Source: Octopus vulgaris (lineage: Eukaryota). From it: 64,000 nucleotides of DNA. Under the pieces are notes generated by a model. It was not told where the DNA came from. It did no database searches and saw only the letters and a program-made list of their open reading frames with translations. This document shows, in pieces, positions 40,910-54,164 of this stretch. The position numbers and the translations under genes were made by a program. The stretch covers positions 27,776,001 through 27,840,000 of the forward strand of contig OX597829.1 in assembly GCA_951406725.2 (NCBI GenBank). The letters run 5' to 3'. The stretch's first letter is position 1. Every line of letters begins with the position of its first letter.

Positions 40910-42089
40910 TACGTACATACATATACATCCATGCATGCCAATAATAATTAAAAAAATTAATTCTATTATTGTTGTTATTGCAAAAGCTTGGTCAATCTTA
41001 ATCTTAACACGTATGGCATGAAGGTAACATACAAAAATCCCCATGGGAAAACATGTAATGTATGTATCAGCCGCGCCAGACTTTGGTGCTTGGGGATACT
41101 ACAGAATATTCTGGATGGGCACTAATTTGTAAATCTGAGGATGCACTATTGAATAGTGAGCGAGCAGTGCCATCCAATGCACCCATCTAGCGCTCGACAG
41201 CCATCGTTAGTTTAAATTCCTATAAAAGAATTCGTTAGAATAAGTACCAAACTTAGAAATAAGTTCTGGAATCGATTTGTTTCCTTTCAAGGCGGTATCT
41301 CAGCATGGCCGCCATAGTCCAATGACTGAAACAAGTGAAAAAATAAAAAGCTTAATAGATTGACCATTAAAGTTGTTGCTTTTTTTTTTAAGATTTTAAA
41401 TGTGAGATGATTTTTTTGCCAGAGAGTGTTTGTTCAAAGTGAGGTTTATCCTAAATTTCAACTGCATACAGTCAATTGATCGAACAGGGGAAGTTGGTGC
41501 GGTCATTATGTGAATATTCTATAAATTTTAATACCAGTAATGTAACAAAAAAAAAAAAGGATGGCACTCAAGATTATTAATCTAGTTGTTGCTGAACATG
41601 TCTGAGTAGTTGACTTAGTAAATATGTCCTGGATTCTTCTACGAACCTTTTTATGCTGTTCTTAAAGAAAAAGAATCGGATACAATTTAGTGCATCAAAA
41701 AACAGTAATTTCTTCGGACGTTTAAGTGTTTGTTTCAGTCATTGGAGTGCAGCCCATGCTGGGGCACCGCCTTGAAGGGTTTTAGTCGAAAAACATAGAC
41801 CCCCACCCCACCCACCAAGTCACTAGCATAGCCAGGGGCACTTTTCATCCTATTGTAGGCAATGTTTTTTGTGGGTTCTGGGGCGGCAAAATGGAAAGGT
41901 CACCGCAGCGCGACACACACTCTAGCTACGCTGCTTCCCCCCACCCCCAATATTTATTTTTTTTAAAGTTTGGCACTTATTCTATTGTCCCTTTCGCCAA
42001 TCGCTAAGTTACGGGTACGTAAATAAACCAACACCGGTTGTCAAGCAGTGGGCGAGGAACAAACACATACATATGTATATATATATATA

Positions 42090-42390
42090 CTAGCAGTATC
42101 GCCCGGCGTTGCTCGGGTTTGTAAGGGAAATAACTAAATAAGCATTTTTAGAGAGTTACTTCCCTTATATAATAGCAAAAAAAAATACATTAAAAATGGG
42201 AAAAAATTATGGTAATTTTTTTTTTTTATCGTAGACTCATCGTAGACGCGCGCTAATACGCAGAAGGGCTTGATATGAATCACGACTATAAGATACCCGC
42301 TTTTGGTTACACTGCACCGCAAAATGTGGGAGTAGTTAGGAATCTAAATCGTAGGAGACAGACACACAACTTCACTTTTATATATAAAGA
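42090..42390 (-). mobile_element. Non-autonomous Helitron
   Basis: Minus strand a|TCTTTATATATAAAAG ... cccgagcaacgccggg hairpin ... CTAG|t, no TSD. Confidence 0.85.
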
Positions 42391-44623
42391 TTTATTTATT
42401 TATTTATTCGCCATGATAGATCGGTAGCCAATACACATTCCTTATTTTCTCTCCCTGTTTCTTTGTGTTCCTTTCTGTGGAAGAGCATAGGCTCGAAATG
42501 TTAGACTTTTTCGCTTCCCGAGCGTTAAACTAATACATATGTTTATCTACACCACCTGTCTTCGTCTTTTGGGGGTTTTTTAAAATTCTCCCCCCTATAT
42601 ATATACACACACACACACATACATACATACACAAGCTTCTTTCAGTTTTCGTTTACCGAACCTAATCACAAGGCTTTAGCTGGCTCGGGACTATAGTAGA
42701 AGACACCTAAGGTGTATTGCAGTCGGACTGAACAAGAAACTATGCGATTGGGAAGGAAGCTCCTTACCTACACAGCCATGCCTCCAAAAGAAAAAAAGAT
42801 GGGGCTCATTCCCTCTCCTCACATTGTTTATCAGTTCTTTTTTTTTAAAGTTTTTTCGAAATGTTTACGGATTTATCTGATACATGTGTTTGAAGAATCA
42901 CAATCTCAGTTTCTTAAAACATAGATCAAGGGGAAAAAATAATAATAAACTAAAAAAAAAAAAAATTCGAGGTCGGTGGTGGAGATTCCGTCTCCCAATT
43001 TTTTCCTTAGAATCCGAAAAATTTGCTTTTTTGTTTTTCGCCTGAGATAATTTCAACCTCTTTTTACTATACTTTCTGGTCGATGCGAACCTTAATGTAG
43101 GAATAGATATGGAACTGTATCCTTTTCTAAGACAGCAGGGTGCGGATTACTGAGAAATTTGGTCACTTACTATTATTTCTCACAGGTCGAAGGGTCACAC
43201 AGAAGCTTCTTAGTTGACTCGTGTGGCGACAATGCTTGCCTTTCGATAATCATCATCAACATTATTATTTTATTTATTTATTCCTGATGGAAAGAAAATA
43301 GATACTGTTTGGGTAGAAAATAAGTTAAATTGAATTCAAAATTTTTCTTTATAAATTTGTATGGAGAAAATTTCTTTCATTCAGGTGCAACTGTTTTCAT
43401 TTATCTGCAGGGTATGTATATACGCACACGTGTACATACACATAGATGCACACATTCGCATGCATATATAAATACATGTATACATATAGTTACACACATA
43501 TAAATACATACACACGTGTTTGTTGTTGTTGTGCGTATGTGCAGACAGAAGAAAACGAGAGGAAAATATAATGATTGCAAAGGTTAATCGATCAATTAAA
43601 CGTAGAGTCGAGGGGGTATATATATATATATGTGTGTGTGTGTATGTATAAATTAAGTATTAATTTGCGAAGGTGTCATTAATTCTATTATCATCCAAAT
43701 TAACTATTTAAAAAATGATAACAGAATCAATATATATATATATTTAAATGTTGTCGATTAGGTGAGGAATGAGTCGGCAAAGAAGTAATTCGAATTTCAT
43801 AGAAAAATGAAAATTCAACATAAAAAAAAAAAAAACCATCAAATTTCTGTAACATTAGCTATAAAGATGGTAAAATTTTGATAGGAAATAGTAATGTTTA
43901 GCTGTAGTATTTTCTTAAAAATTACTTAGAAAGCGTGAGACAAACAACTATAGGCTAACTTATGTGACTGATGTGGGGAGAGAAAATAATGATTTCTTCC
44001 AAATAAACACATCACCCATCTTTTTAAATGGCTAGAGAGTATTTGTATTGAATTAATTCAGTAGTTGTCACATGTTTTTTTTTTCCTTTTTGTTTTACCC
44101 CTTCCACCACAAACCCTTTTTTTATCGAATAGCGTATTACAAAATGCCACAACCGGTATCCTTGGGAAACACGAAACACATACAAAGAAAAAAAAATATT
44201 ATTTTAATCAACCAAAAGTTAATTTTGTGCATTGGTTCATTATCAGTATCTATTTCCGTATACTATACTACCCATCCAATATACCGCGTTATAATTCAGC
44301 GACCTTTATGTTAATAATTTTTATTGAAATTTCACTAAAAGCGAGGACTTGTCACATCATCGGTCATGCTTTCTTTTTACTAATAACACATCTTATTCTA
44401 AATCTAAATCCCAACAAAGTTTTTTTTTTTTTTTTTTATGCGTATAAAATACATTGTACACTTAAAACATTGAACTTGAACGGTAGCGGCCCTTGCGAGC
44501 TTACAGTACCATCCGCAAGGGGGAGCTACTATTCAGCTTAATCGATTGACATTATTGTTATTAGGATATTTTTTCGCGAAGTGTGCTCATGATTACTCTG
44601 CTAATTCTATGTAATAGTAGGAC

Positions 44624-45269
44624 AGTACTACTAGCGAACAGTGGTCCCAGTCGCGCATCCGCGCTAGCTAGTCGTGACTAGTCGATCCTACAACGACTAC
44701 CTAGCAAAGTAAATAAAACACAAAATAAATGGTTTTTGGCGATCTTTCGTCTCTAGTAGACCTTTCCGTCGATTTCCCTAAAAAAATTTTTTTTTTTTTA
44801 CATATGGGCTTGCGGGAACTTTTGAAGTAATATACATACATATACACATACAGCGAGTAAAAAATTTCAGTTATCTCTTTCTTTCACACATTACTCTGTC
44901 TCTTCACACACTAACAGAAGCACTTCACTTACACAACATACTGTCTGTCTCCCACACCCCATCAAACACACATGTACATCAATGCTTCCCCTGGACGGTA
45001 ACTTCAAAAGAACTTCCCCCGTCATACAATCGCTTTCTCTTAGTCTCTTTCGCTCTCATTACTTCAAAAGTTCCCGCAAGCCCATATGTAAAAAAAAAAT
45101 TTTTTTTACGGAAATCGACGGAAAGGTCTACTAGAGACGAAAGATTGCCTGATTTTTTTACACTAAGTAAATAATTTTTTAAACAAGGTAAATAACGCTC
45201 AAAAACAAAATAAGGCTCGACTAATCATGACTAGATAGCGCAACGGGACCACTGTTCTCAAATAGTACC
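44624..45269. mobile_element. MITE with long bipartite TIRs and 8-bp TSD (Merlin-like)
   Basis: agtaggac flanks both ends (44616-44623, 45270-45277); termini AGTAC / GTACC; inner inverted blocks 44738-44831 and 45058-45149. Confidence 0.85.
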
Positions 45270-46662
45270 AGTAGGACTTCACTTTGACTGATTTTTAAAA
45301 AATTCTGAGTGTCTATTATTTACATTTGAAAATAAATTACGACCAGATTATATCACGATAGTAGGAACAGAACTATTATAACGAGAATTTACCACCTTTC
45401 CTGCTGGTAGAGAGAGGATTGTAGCGCTCCCACACACACCTTTCCAGCCATCCAAACAAACAATGGACAGTAGTGTGTGTGTGTGTATATGCGCACACGC
45501 TTCTTCCAAAATATTTAACTGGCAGACACGTTGGACAAAATGAACTGCAGTATTTCTTCTTCCGACTTTTAACGTTCTAAGTTCAAATCCCGTCAATGTC
45601 AGCTTCAATTTTCATCCCTTCGGGATCGATAGAATGAATGATAGGGTTTTCAAATAGCTATCTTGCGAATCTCATACTTTCATGATAAAGATTTTTTTTT
45701 AAAATGTATAGACGTGAGAAATAAAATTTTGAAATTAAAGAAAACCCCATATGGTTAACCAAAATGACAGACAAGTAAAAATATAAAAGATAGAAATGAA
45801 ATACAGTCACGTCAGATATCATGGTCGACTATCTATTCATGTAAACAACAGGCTCTTCACATTTCTTATAGAAACACTGTTTTTAAAAAAGTTTACGTCG
45901 GCTCTCTAACGTCTCGGCCAGTTTCCACTACACAAATACAAAGAAGGGCGATTGTGTGGAGGAAAGAGAGCGTGACGGATTTGAGAGAGGGATTTAAAAT
46001 GGAACTTCGTGTAACGCAGCTAATCTCAAAAATTTGTTGTTTGAAACAAAATTATAAAAGTACTTTTGTTTTCTTAAGAGAGGAAACACATAACATTAAA
46101 TAAACATGAATATCTATGGATATTTGCAATATAAATATTATGAATAAAGATTTTAGTCTGTCTCATAATTTACACATTTAAAAAAAAAATCTCTCATTTT
46201 CTATCCTTTTGTTAAACTAGTTAACATGTCTGCTGTACGTACAAAACTCCAGTTCATTTATCTTGAACACACACTCAAGCGGGGTGGGCATGACAATTTA
46301 ATTGCCGATAATGGATGTGCAAAAAGATGAATCGGCTGGTTAAACGTTAGAAGTTTTTGATCGTAATTAAAGTTTGTACGATAAAAGAATTGGACCAAGT
46401 ATTAAGAACATCAACAAATTACCTGTTTTGGCCATTGTGAATGGGTAAGGGAAGGCTACGTGTGCTGGAAATAAACATTCTGAATTCGCACAAGCTTCAG
46501 ATTCGTGTGTGTATATATATATACACTTATCTAAATTATGCTGTGGTGTGTGTGTGTGTTAAAGGAAAAGGAAAAGAATACCAAGGCAGGATGAGCATCT
46601 CAAGTCATTTAGAATATTTGATTACAGTAAGGTGAATCAGTCGGATAAGTAGAAGTAATCAA

Positions 46663-46740
46663 TGTCTTACAGCTGTTTCTGGGATATCCCAGATAATGAT
46701 TCAACACCACTATACACTAGGTATTTCGTCATCAGGGCAA
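46663..46740 (-). ncRNA. Degenerate type I hammerhead motif
   Basis: Minus strand CTGATGA...GAAACAGCTGTA with both core boxes intact; stems I and II poorly paired. Confidence 0.4.
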
Positions 46741-47278
46741 GGTGTGTATGCAGGAAAGTTCCAGGCAGAGAATTCACAGTATATATATATTTATGTGTGT
46801 GTGTGTGTGTATGCATACATACGTGCGAATCGGCGCTGTGTCAAAATGGTTCTATATATGGATAAATGGAGTTCGATGAAGTAAGAACCCGAGCAGAAGT
46901 AAGTTTTGGGTGGTATTCATCAAATACTGTATTATTTGCCTTGAGAGATCCCTCGTACTGGCACATGGTGCATAACAGCAAAAACATAAATCATAGCAGG
47001 CAAGAATCCACGATCTCAGTCTAATGGACCTCATCAGCGGGGGACATCTCTATATCACTGCTTAAAATTATTGGAGACTATGGCTGTACTTTAATGACTG
47101 AAAACAGTATACAAAATAAAATTAAAATAAAGTAGGCAGCAAGTTGGCAGAGTCGTTAGAGCATCAGATAGAATATCTTCTAAAAAATTTTGTGACTCTG
47201 GGCTCAAATCTTTGCCTTTCTAATTATGTTACACCGCTATATTTGGTGCCTATTTAAGCAATGTGTTAGTGGATGGTT

Positions 47279-47329
47279 TGGATGTGCTGACGAAGGAGCA
47301 ATAATTCCTGAAATATGCATACACACCCA
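47279..47329 (+). ncRNA. Minimal type I hammerhead ribozyme motif
   Basis: tggatgtg-CTGACGA-aggag(caataa)ttcct-GAAA-t(atgc)a-TA-cacaccca: both core boxes, 5-bp stem II, 7/8-bp stem I, short stem III, AUA cleavage triplet. Confidence 0.7.
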
Positions 47330-47520
47330 TTACCTATTTTTCTATCTTCGATCGCATTGTTTACACAAGCATATTCGTATACGAAACGTCGCCACAAATC
47401 AATGCTGCCTCTAATTTCTACAGAAATTAAAAGAAAACTTTTAAAAGTGAATTTATAGAACTGCTAACTACAAGTGGGGCACATATTTTCTTATAAGCCT
47501 TTAATTATACACTTGGTGGA

Positions 47521-47730
47521 AGGCGGCGAGCTGGCAGAATCGTTAAGCACGTCGGGCAAAATGGTTAGCGCGATTTCGACCGTCTTTACGTTGTATTCAA
47601 ATTCGCTGCGGTCGACTGTACCTTTCCTCTGTTCGGGGTCGATTAAATAAGTACCAGTTGAGCACTGAGGTCAATCTAACCGATCAGCTACTCCCTATAA
47701 TTTGATGACTTTCTGTCAAAATTTGAAACT
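47521..47730 (+). mobile_element. SINE family B, diverged
   Basis: aggcggcgagctggcagaatcgttaagcacgtcgggcaaaatg... Confidence 0.75.
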
Positions 47731-48759
47731 GATATATACTTGTTAATATATTAGGGTTGCATAACGAAATACGGTGTCCCTACCAGAAATAAATATGATG
47801 AAAAAGATTACAAATTGCCTATTGAAATCGATAAATCTTATAACCACTGCTACCCCGCTTTGCGCAAATTTCTTTCATTGGTGCAGTGTCATTATACACA
47901 TGACTAATCAACAAGATTACAAAACTAAGACTATATTAATGTTTTTGTTTTTTTTACACTAATGTAGTTTTGCATGCTGATGACGAAAATTACATTCAGT
48001 TTTTTTTCTTCTAGAAATTAATAAAATTACAAGCCTTCGTTGCCGTAGTTGTATGTTTCTATGGGAAGAGGACACACAATGGAAACCTGCTTGAAGTAGC
48101 AGCGAAGTCTTCCCTGTTAAAGATATGCACTTGCTGAATATTATTGATATTTAATTTAAAGTCAATCTCTACAGATATAAACTTTTATCAAACTCACGAT
48201 TCTTTAAGTGGTTGGGAGAAATTTAAAAAGTAACAATTGGCTTCTGTGTTCTCTCGATTTTTTTGGCGGACTTTCTACTCGTTACTTCATGGCGAAGGAA
48301 AAGGATCAGGAATGACAAAGGATTGACATTGCTCAACTGGTATGTGTTTTATCAACCCCGAAAGGATGAAAGTCGACCATGGCGGAATTTGAACTTGGAA
48401 CGTTAAGACGGAAGAAACACTGTCAAGCATTTTGTCCGGAGCGGTAACGATTCTGCTAGCTTGCCGATAATGATAATGAATTCAAATTTTGGCATAAGCC
48501 CAGCAATTTCGAGAGACGAAATGGACTTCAGTGTTCAACTGGTACTTATTTTTTCGGCCCCGAAAGGATGGAAGGCGAAGTCGACTTCGCGGAATTTAAA
48601 CTCAGAATGTAAAGAATCAGAAAAAAACATGTTGGATCTTGTTGGTTTTGCTACTAGCATTTCAAAAATTAAAGTTAATAGAAAATTTTAAAATTTGGCA
48701 CATTAATATACTTTTCCAAGCTGAATTGCTGCAGTTATTCCGCTTTTTCTAGAAAAATG

Positions 48760-49080
48760 TTGGGCAAGTGTCTTCTACTATAGCCTCGGGCCGACCAAAG
48801 CCTTGTGAGTGGATTTGGTAGATGGAAACTGAAAGAAGCCCGTCGTATATATGCATATATATGCGTGTGTGTGTTTGTGTGTGTTCCCCTAGCATTGCTT
48901 GACAACCGATGCTGGTGTGTTTATGTCCCCGTTACTTAGCGGTTCGGCAAAAGAGACCGATAGGATAAGTACTAGGCTTACAAAAGAATAAGTCCCGGGG
49001 TCGAGTTGCTCGATTAAAGGCGGTGCTCCAGCATGGCCGCAGTCAAATGACTGAAACAAGTAAAAGAGAGAGTAAGAGTA
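48760..49080 (+). mobile_element. SINE family A, 5'-truncated
   Basis: ttgggcaagtgtcttctactatagcctcggg...gactgaaacaagtaaaagag. Confidence 0.87.
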
Positions 49081-50364
49081 GAGGTTTAAAGTTCGATCAT
49101 TTTCATCCAGTCAGGAAACAGGATTTGGAAGCTGTCGTTTTGTGCGTGACTGCACATTTTGTCATCAATATCCTGAAAATAGCAAGTGTTGTCAATATTT
49201 GTAAACAACACGTGTTTTGTTGATTGAAGCATTCAATATGCATTTAATGCTATAGCACGAACTTAAAAGATTTATCCAAAAAAACGTTATTTACATATTA
49301 TTTTTAGTACACCCCACAACCAAATAAGTGACAAAAAGAAACGAGTAAAGAAGTAGTTTTAAGCATTCAATAAACATTTAATATAAATGCGATGAGCAAC
49401 ACGTTATATGCCATAAACACATTACAAAATTCCCCCTACATGATGAAAGTTCCCCCTGTAATTTTCATTCATGTAAATAAATATTTATGTTAATTTAAAA
49501 ATTCGCCAGCAAAATCTTATAAAATGACAATGTTCGAAAAGATGTACACGTTTAGTTGTTATATATGAAAATAAAAGTGTAAGCAAAATATGCTTAAAAA
49601 AACAAACATTTAAGTATGCAATAAGCAACACATTACAAAATATTTTTGAAATTAAAACACGAAAGTTAGAAATACATTCAATCAGTTTCTCAAACAAATC
49701 ACAATTTTCGTATCTCCTGCGCCTCGAAAGGGAAAGTTAAAAATGCATTCAATCATTTCTCGCACAAATCACAATTTTCAAATCTCCCGCGTTATATTAA
49801 TTCACATGTTCAATTCTTATCAGATAGGTAAAACAAGTGGTCTCAATGTATTTGTCAATACGAACTTTCTCGCAGACAAAAAAGTTCTCATACTCTGCTT
49901 GTTACTATGGAAACAGGCATGAATGTGTCTGCGGCTTACGTTTGGATAAAATTACCAAAATTTTCAAACTTTAACTGCTGAAATATTGATAAGCATTTTG
50001 TTCGACACGCTTACCGATTCAGTCCGCTCAAGTCAGTTACTTGATCTGTTTTTGGACCACCAAGTGCAGGACATAACAAAACCAATTACACTATTTTTTT
50101 TTGTGGTTAATATTTACATCTTGACCCGAAAATAAAAATCCCCCCAAAATACTGGAATGGGTGTAAAACAATGCGTAGGAAACGAATACGTAAAAAAAAA
50201 AAAAAACGCGCATAGCGGTTCGGCAAAAGAGACCGATAGAATAAGTACTGGGCTTACAAAGAATAAGTCCCGGGGTCAATTTGCTCGACTAAAGGCGGTG
50301 CTCCAGCATGGCCGCAGTCAAATGACTGAAACAAGTAAAAGATAAAAGATAAAAGATACCATAG

Positions 50365-50735
50365 GGAGGGGGGAAAAGGACTTTGGAAAATTCACGTGCT
50401 CCGAGCTTTTCCCTCGTTACTTTTAGGAAAATGGGGTTTTTTTCAATGAAATTTTATAGAAATACCTTTCAAACGGAATACATTACGATTATGTGTGGAA
50501 AATCTTTTCCAAGGGGGGGGGGCGACTTCGGAAAACTCACAAAGATCTGAGGTTTTCCCTTGTAACTTTTAGGTAAATTGGGGTGTTTTTTCAATGAAAT
50601 TTTATATAAATAACTTTCGAACGGCATACATTACGATTAATAAAGTAATTTGTGGGGAAAATCTTGAGGTGGGAGAGAGGACTTTCGGAAAATTCCCAAG
50701 ATCCGAATTTCACCTCGTTATATTTCGAAATCACA
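50365..50735. repeat. Imperfect tandem repeat, ~150-bp unit, about 2.5 copies
   Basis: gac.t.ggaaaa.tc.c...tttttttcaatgaaattttata.aaata.ctt..aacgg.atacattacgatta recurs. Confidence 0.65.
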
Positions 50736-50898
50736 TTCAACTTTCAACACATACCCTAGCATAGTACTAATTACACTACGTAGTATTTATTTCTACCCAC
50801 TTTCAATAATTTTTAGTGATTTGCCTTCAATTTTGTTTCATTTTCAATTATTTTTATGCTTTTTTAACTCTTCGTCATTATTCTCATTCACTCGTTAT

Positions 50899-51003
<105 letters not shown>

Positions 51004-51243
51004 GATCTTTCGATACGAATGAATGCCTATATATATATATTATGGATCTTTTCATTTTTGAAGCCAGGACCACAGATCTTTCTACTTAACTAAATAATCT
51101 GAAACTTCGTATGCTGATAGAGTCTAGCAAAACAAGACACAGGTTGGAACTAGTTTATTTGAGAAAAATCTATTTTATGACTTTAATCGTAGATTAAAAC
51201 TGCGAATTTTAACCAATCAGATTGTTTGTTTTCATGTGTAAAA

Positions 51244-51277
<34 letters not shown>

Positions 51278-52385
51278 ATATACACATGTTATATACATAT
51301 ATATACACATGCATATACACATATATACACACACGCATATACACATATATACACTCACACACACACGCACATCTATACAGTAATGAGGGAACAACTCGAA
51401 TCTTGTGAATTTTCCGAAATCCTCTCCCCACCTCAAGAAGGAGACATAAATATAATATAATATAATATAATATAACGTAATATGTATTATGTACTCACAC
51501 AACTTGTACAAATACATTTCTGAGAGAAAATATGTAGAATAAAAACGCTGAATATACTCATGTGTCCATATGTCAGTGTGTGTGTGTGTGCTATCTATTT
51601 TGATAGCGGGAATTAAAAACAATAGAATTGATTATAAACATCCGAATGGATCACTGAGAATAATATATATAAAGTTAAAACAACACCAACTACCAGCACC
51701 ACCAACATCAACACATTGATAATACAAATTTCATTCGTAAAAAGTTATTTTGCTAAAAAGAACTACTACACAAATGTAGATATATGTATAAGTGTGTGCG
51801 CGCGCGTTTTATCAGTTATTTGTTTTTATTCATTGAACTATGCATCTGCATAGGAGAATTTTAGTTGAAACAAATCGACACCAGTACTTATTTTTAAAAT
51901 CTGATACTTATTGTATCAATCCGTTTTGCCTAACATCTAAGTTAGAGGGACGTAAATGAGCCAACAATCCGCTGTCAGATGAAGGTAGGGGACAAGGAGA
52001 AACACACACATGTACACACACACACACACGACGGGCTTCAACACTTCCCTCTAACAAATTCACACAAGCCTGGGACTGTATTAAAAGATAATTGCCGGAG
52101 ATACCGTGCAGTGGGATTGAACTTGAAGCCATGTTGTTGCCAAGCGATCCGCTCAACCACACAACCATGTCTGCGTCTTAAGATTGTCTAGATATTAGAA
52201 CTCAGGCACCTACGGAAAAAGGTTAATACGTATATTTTGTTTAAGACGGATTTTTGAAATAAGTTTTTTTAAATTTTTTATAGCCGAAGTGTTCATAATA
52301 ATATTATTCGTAGATTTAAAAAAAAAAGGAAAAAATAGATGTTTTTAACGACATTTAAAAAATGTTATTCTTTAAATAAATGATA

Positions 52386-52891
52386 TCTATATATATAAAA
52401 CTCTAGTTGTGTGAGTGTCTGTCCCCTTCGATTTAGATTCCTAACTCCTCCCACATTTTGCGGTGCAGTTTAACCAAATTCGGGTATCTTATAGTCGTGA
52501 TTCATATCGAGCCCGTCTGACTATTAGCGCGCGTCAACGATGAGTCTACGATTTTAAAAATAATTTAACATCATTTTTTATTCCATTTTAATGCATAAAA
52601 TGCATCGTATGTCGATGGCGGCGGAGTTGGCGTCCACGCTCACAGCTGCACCTGTTTGCTTCTCCCCCTTCCCTCCCTCGTGAAGCTGTGGGGAAGGGAG
52701 TGTAAAGAAATCAACGTCGTAATGCGTTGTGAAGAAAACCAGCGTTCTTTTAGAACAACGACTTCATGGCTTGAAGACACCAAAACAAAAATGGCTAAGA
52801 AAGCCCGAATTTATAAGGGAAGTAACTCTCTAAAAATGCTTATATAGTTATTTCCCTTACAAACCCGAGCAACGCCGGGCGATACTGCTAG
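52386..52891 (+). mobile_element. Non-autonomous Helitron, complete
   Basis: a|TCTATATATATAAAA start; cccgagcaacgccggg hairpin, then CTAG at 52888-52891. Confidence 0.88.
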
Positions 52892-53243
52892 TCTTTATAT
52901 ATAAAAGTAAGGTTGTGTGTCTGTCTCCTACGATTTAGATTCCTAACTACTCCCACATTTTGCGGTGCAGTTTAACCAAAACCGGGTATCTTATAGTCGT
53001 GATTCATATCGAGCCCTTCTGGGTATTAGCGCGCGTCTACGATGAGTCTACGATTTTAAAAATAATTTACCATCATTTTTTTCCATTTTAATGCATTTTT
53101 CGCTATTATATAAGGGAAGTAACTCTAAAAATGTCTACGATGAGTCAACGATTTTAAAATGCATTTTTTTGCTATAACTCTCTAAAAATGCTTATATAGT
53201 TATTTCCCTTACAAACCCGAGCAACGCCGGGCGATACTGCTAG
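52892..53243 (+). mobile_element. Non-autonomous Helitron, complete (second of tandem pair)
   Basis: TCTTTATATATAAAAG start directly after previous CTAG; same hairpin and CTAG|t at 53243. Confidence 0.88.
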
Positions 53244-53403
53244 TTATATATAAATATTTGTTACATATATTTATCATCTTTCATTTGTTTCAGTCATTAG
53301 ACGGCGGCCATACTTGGGCGCTGCATTGAAGAATTTATTGTCGAATGAATTGACCCCAATACTCATTTTTTTAAAACCTGGTACTTATTCTATTTAGGTC
53401 TTT

Positions 53404-53688
53404 GGATCTTTTCGGTTTGACCGGCAGTTTTTTAAAATAATTTCCACGTAACTAAACACTTTTAAACTTCGTATACTGGTAGAATGTGTTTATAAAACAT
53501 CTTTTTCTCTTGGCTTTATTGAGAAAATTCTATAGTTTGTTAGATATTTGTTGTTTTGTTTTCTTCAGTTTCTGCAATTTCAACCAATCAATAACGTCTA
53601 TTGAGGTGAAAACATTCTGTGCCGTATGAATATATGTCCCTCGTTTAAGAAACAGATTGGGTTTATTTACATTTGTGAAGAAAAAATC
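53404..53688 (+). mobile_element. Truncated MITE of the 3972-4274 family
   Basis: Starts ggatcttttcggtttgaccggcagttttt; second TIR absent. Confidence 0.75.
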
Positions 53689-54164
53689 TATGGCAATTGA
53701 AAGGGCATGACCCAACTCAAATAAACATTAATAGCAGTGTGACATGATGGTTAAGGGGAAATGAAAGTGTTATCTCTCGAGTTTGCCAACAATCCCTATT
53801 GCCGATAAGTAACTGAACAGAATAAATTTGCAATCTATAGATCTCTTTGAATGACCAATCACTTATCTGGGAAGGCCTTGAAATCAATGTTATCATCTGG
53901 GGACTATCTGTGACACAGTGATAATAAAAAGACTCAAAGGAGGTCTGCAACCAAATAACTTTACTCAAAATAACGCTTTGCAATTGAATCAGTGGAGGTA
54001 AAGATGCCTCTCCTTTACTTGACAATTTATGCACCACATTGCAGAAATCACAATCGAAGTATATCTCAAAGCAAACTTATAGTGTTGTACCATTAAATTA
54101 CAAATAACATGCATCTTGTAACTCTGCAGCTTCCAAGACTACAATTGTATTCGTCTTGGCTTAG

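Noticed and set aside
46998-47043. Minus-strand CTGATGA-ggtc(catta)gact-GAGA hammerhead-like motif
   Set aside because: GAGA instead of GAAA and no stem I complementarity.
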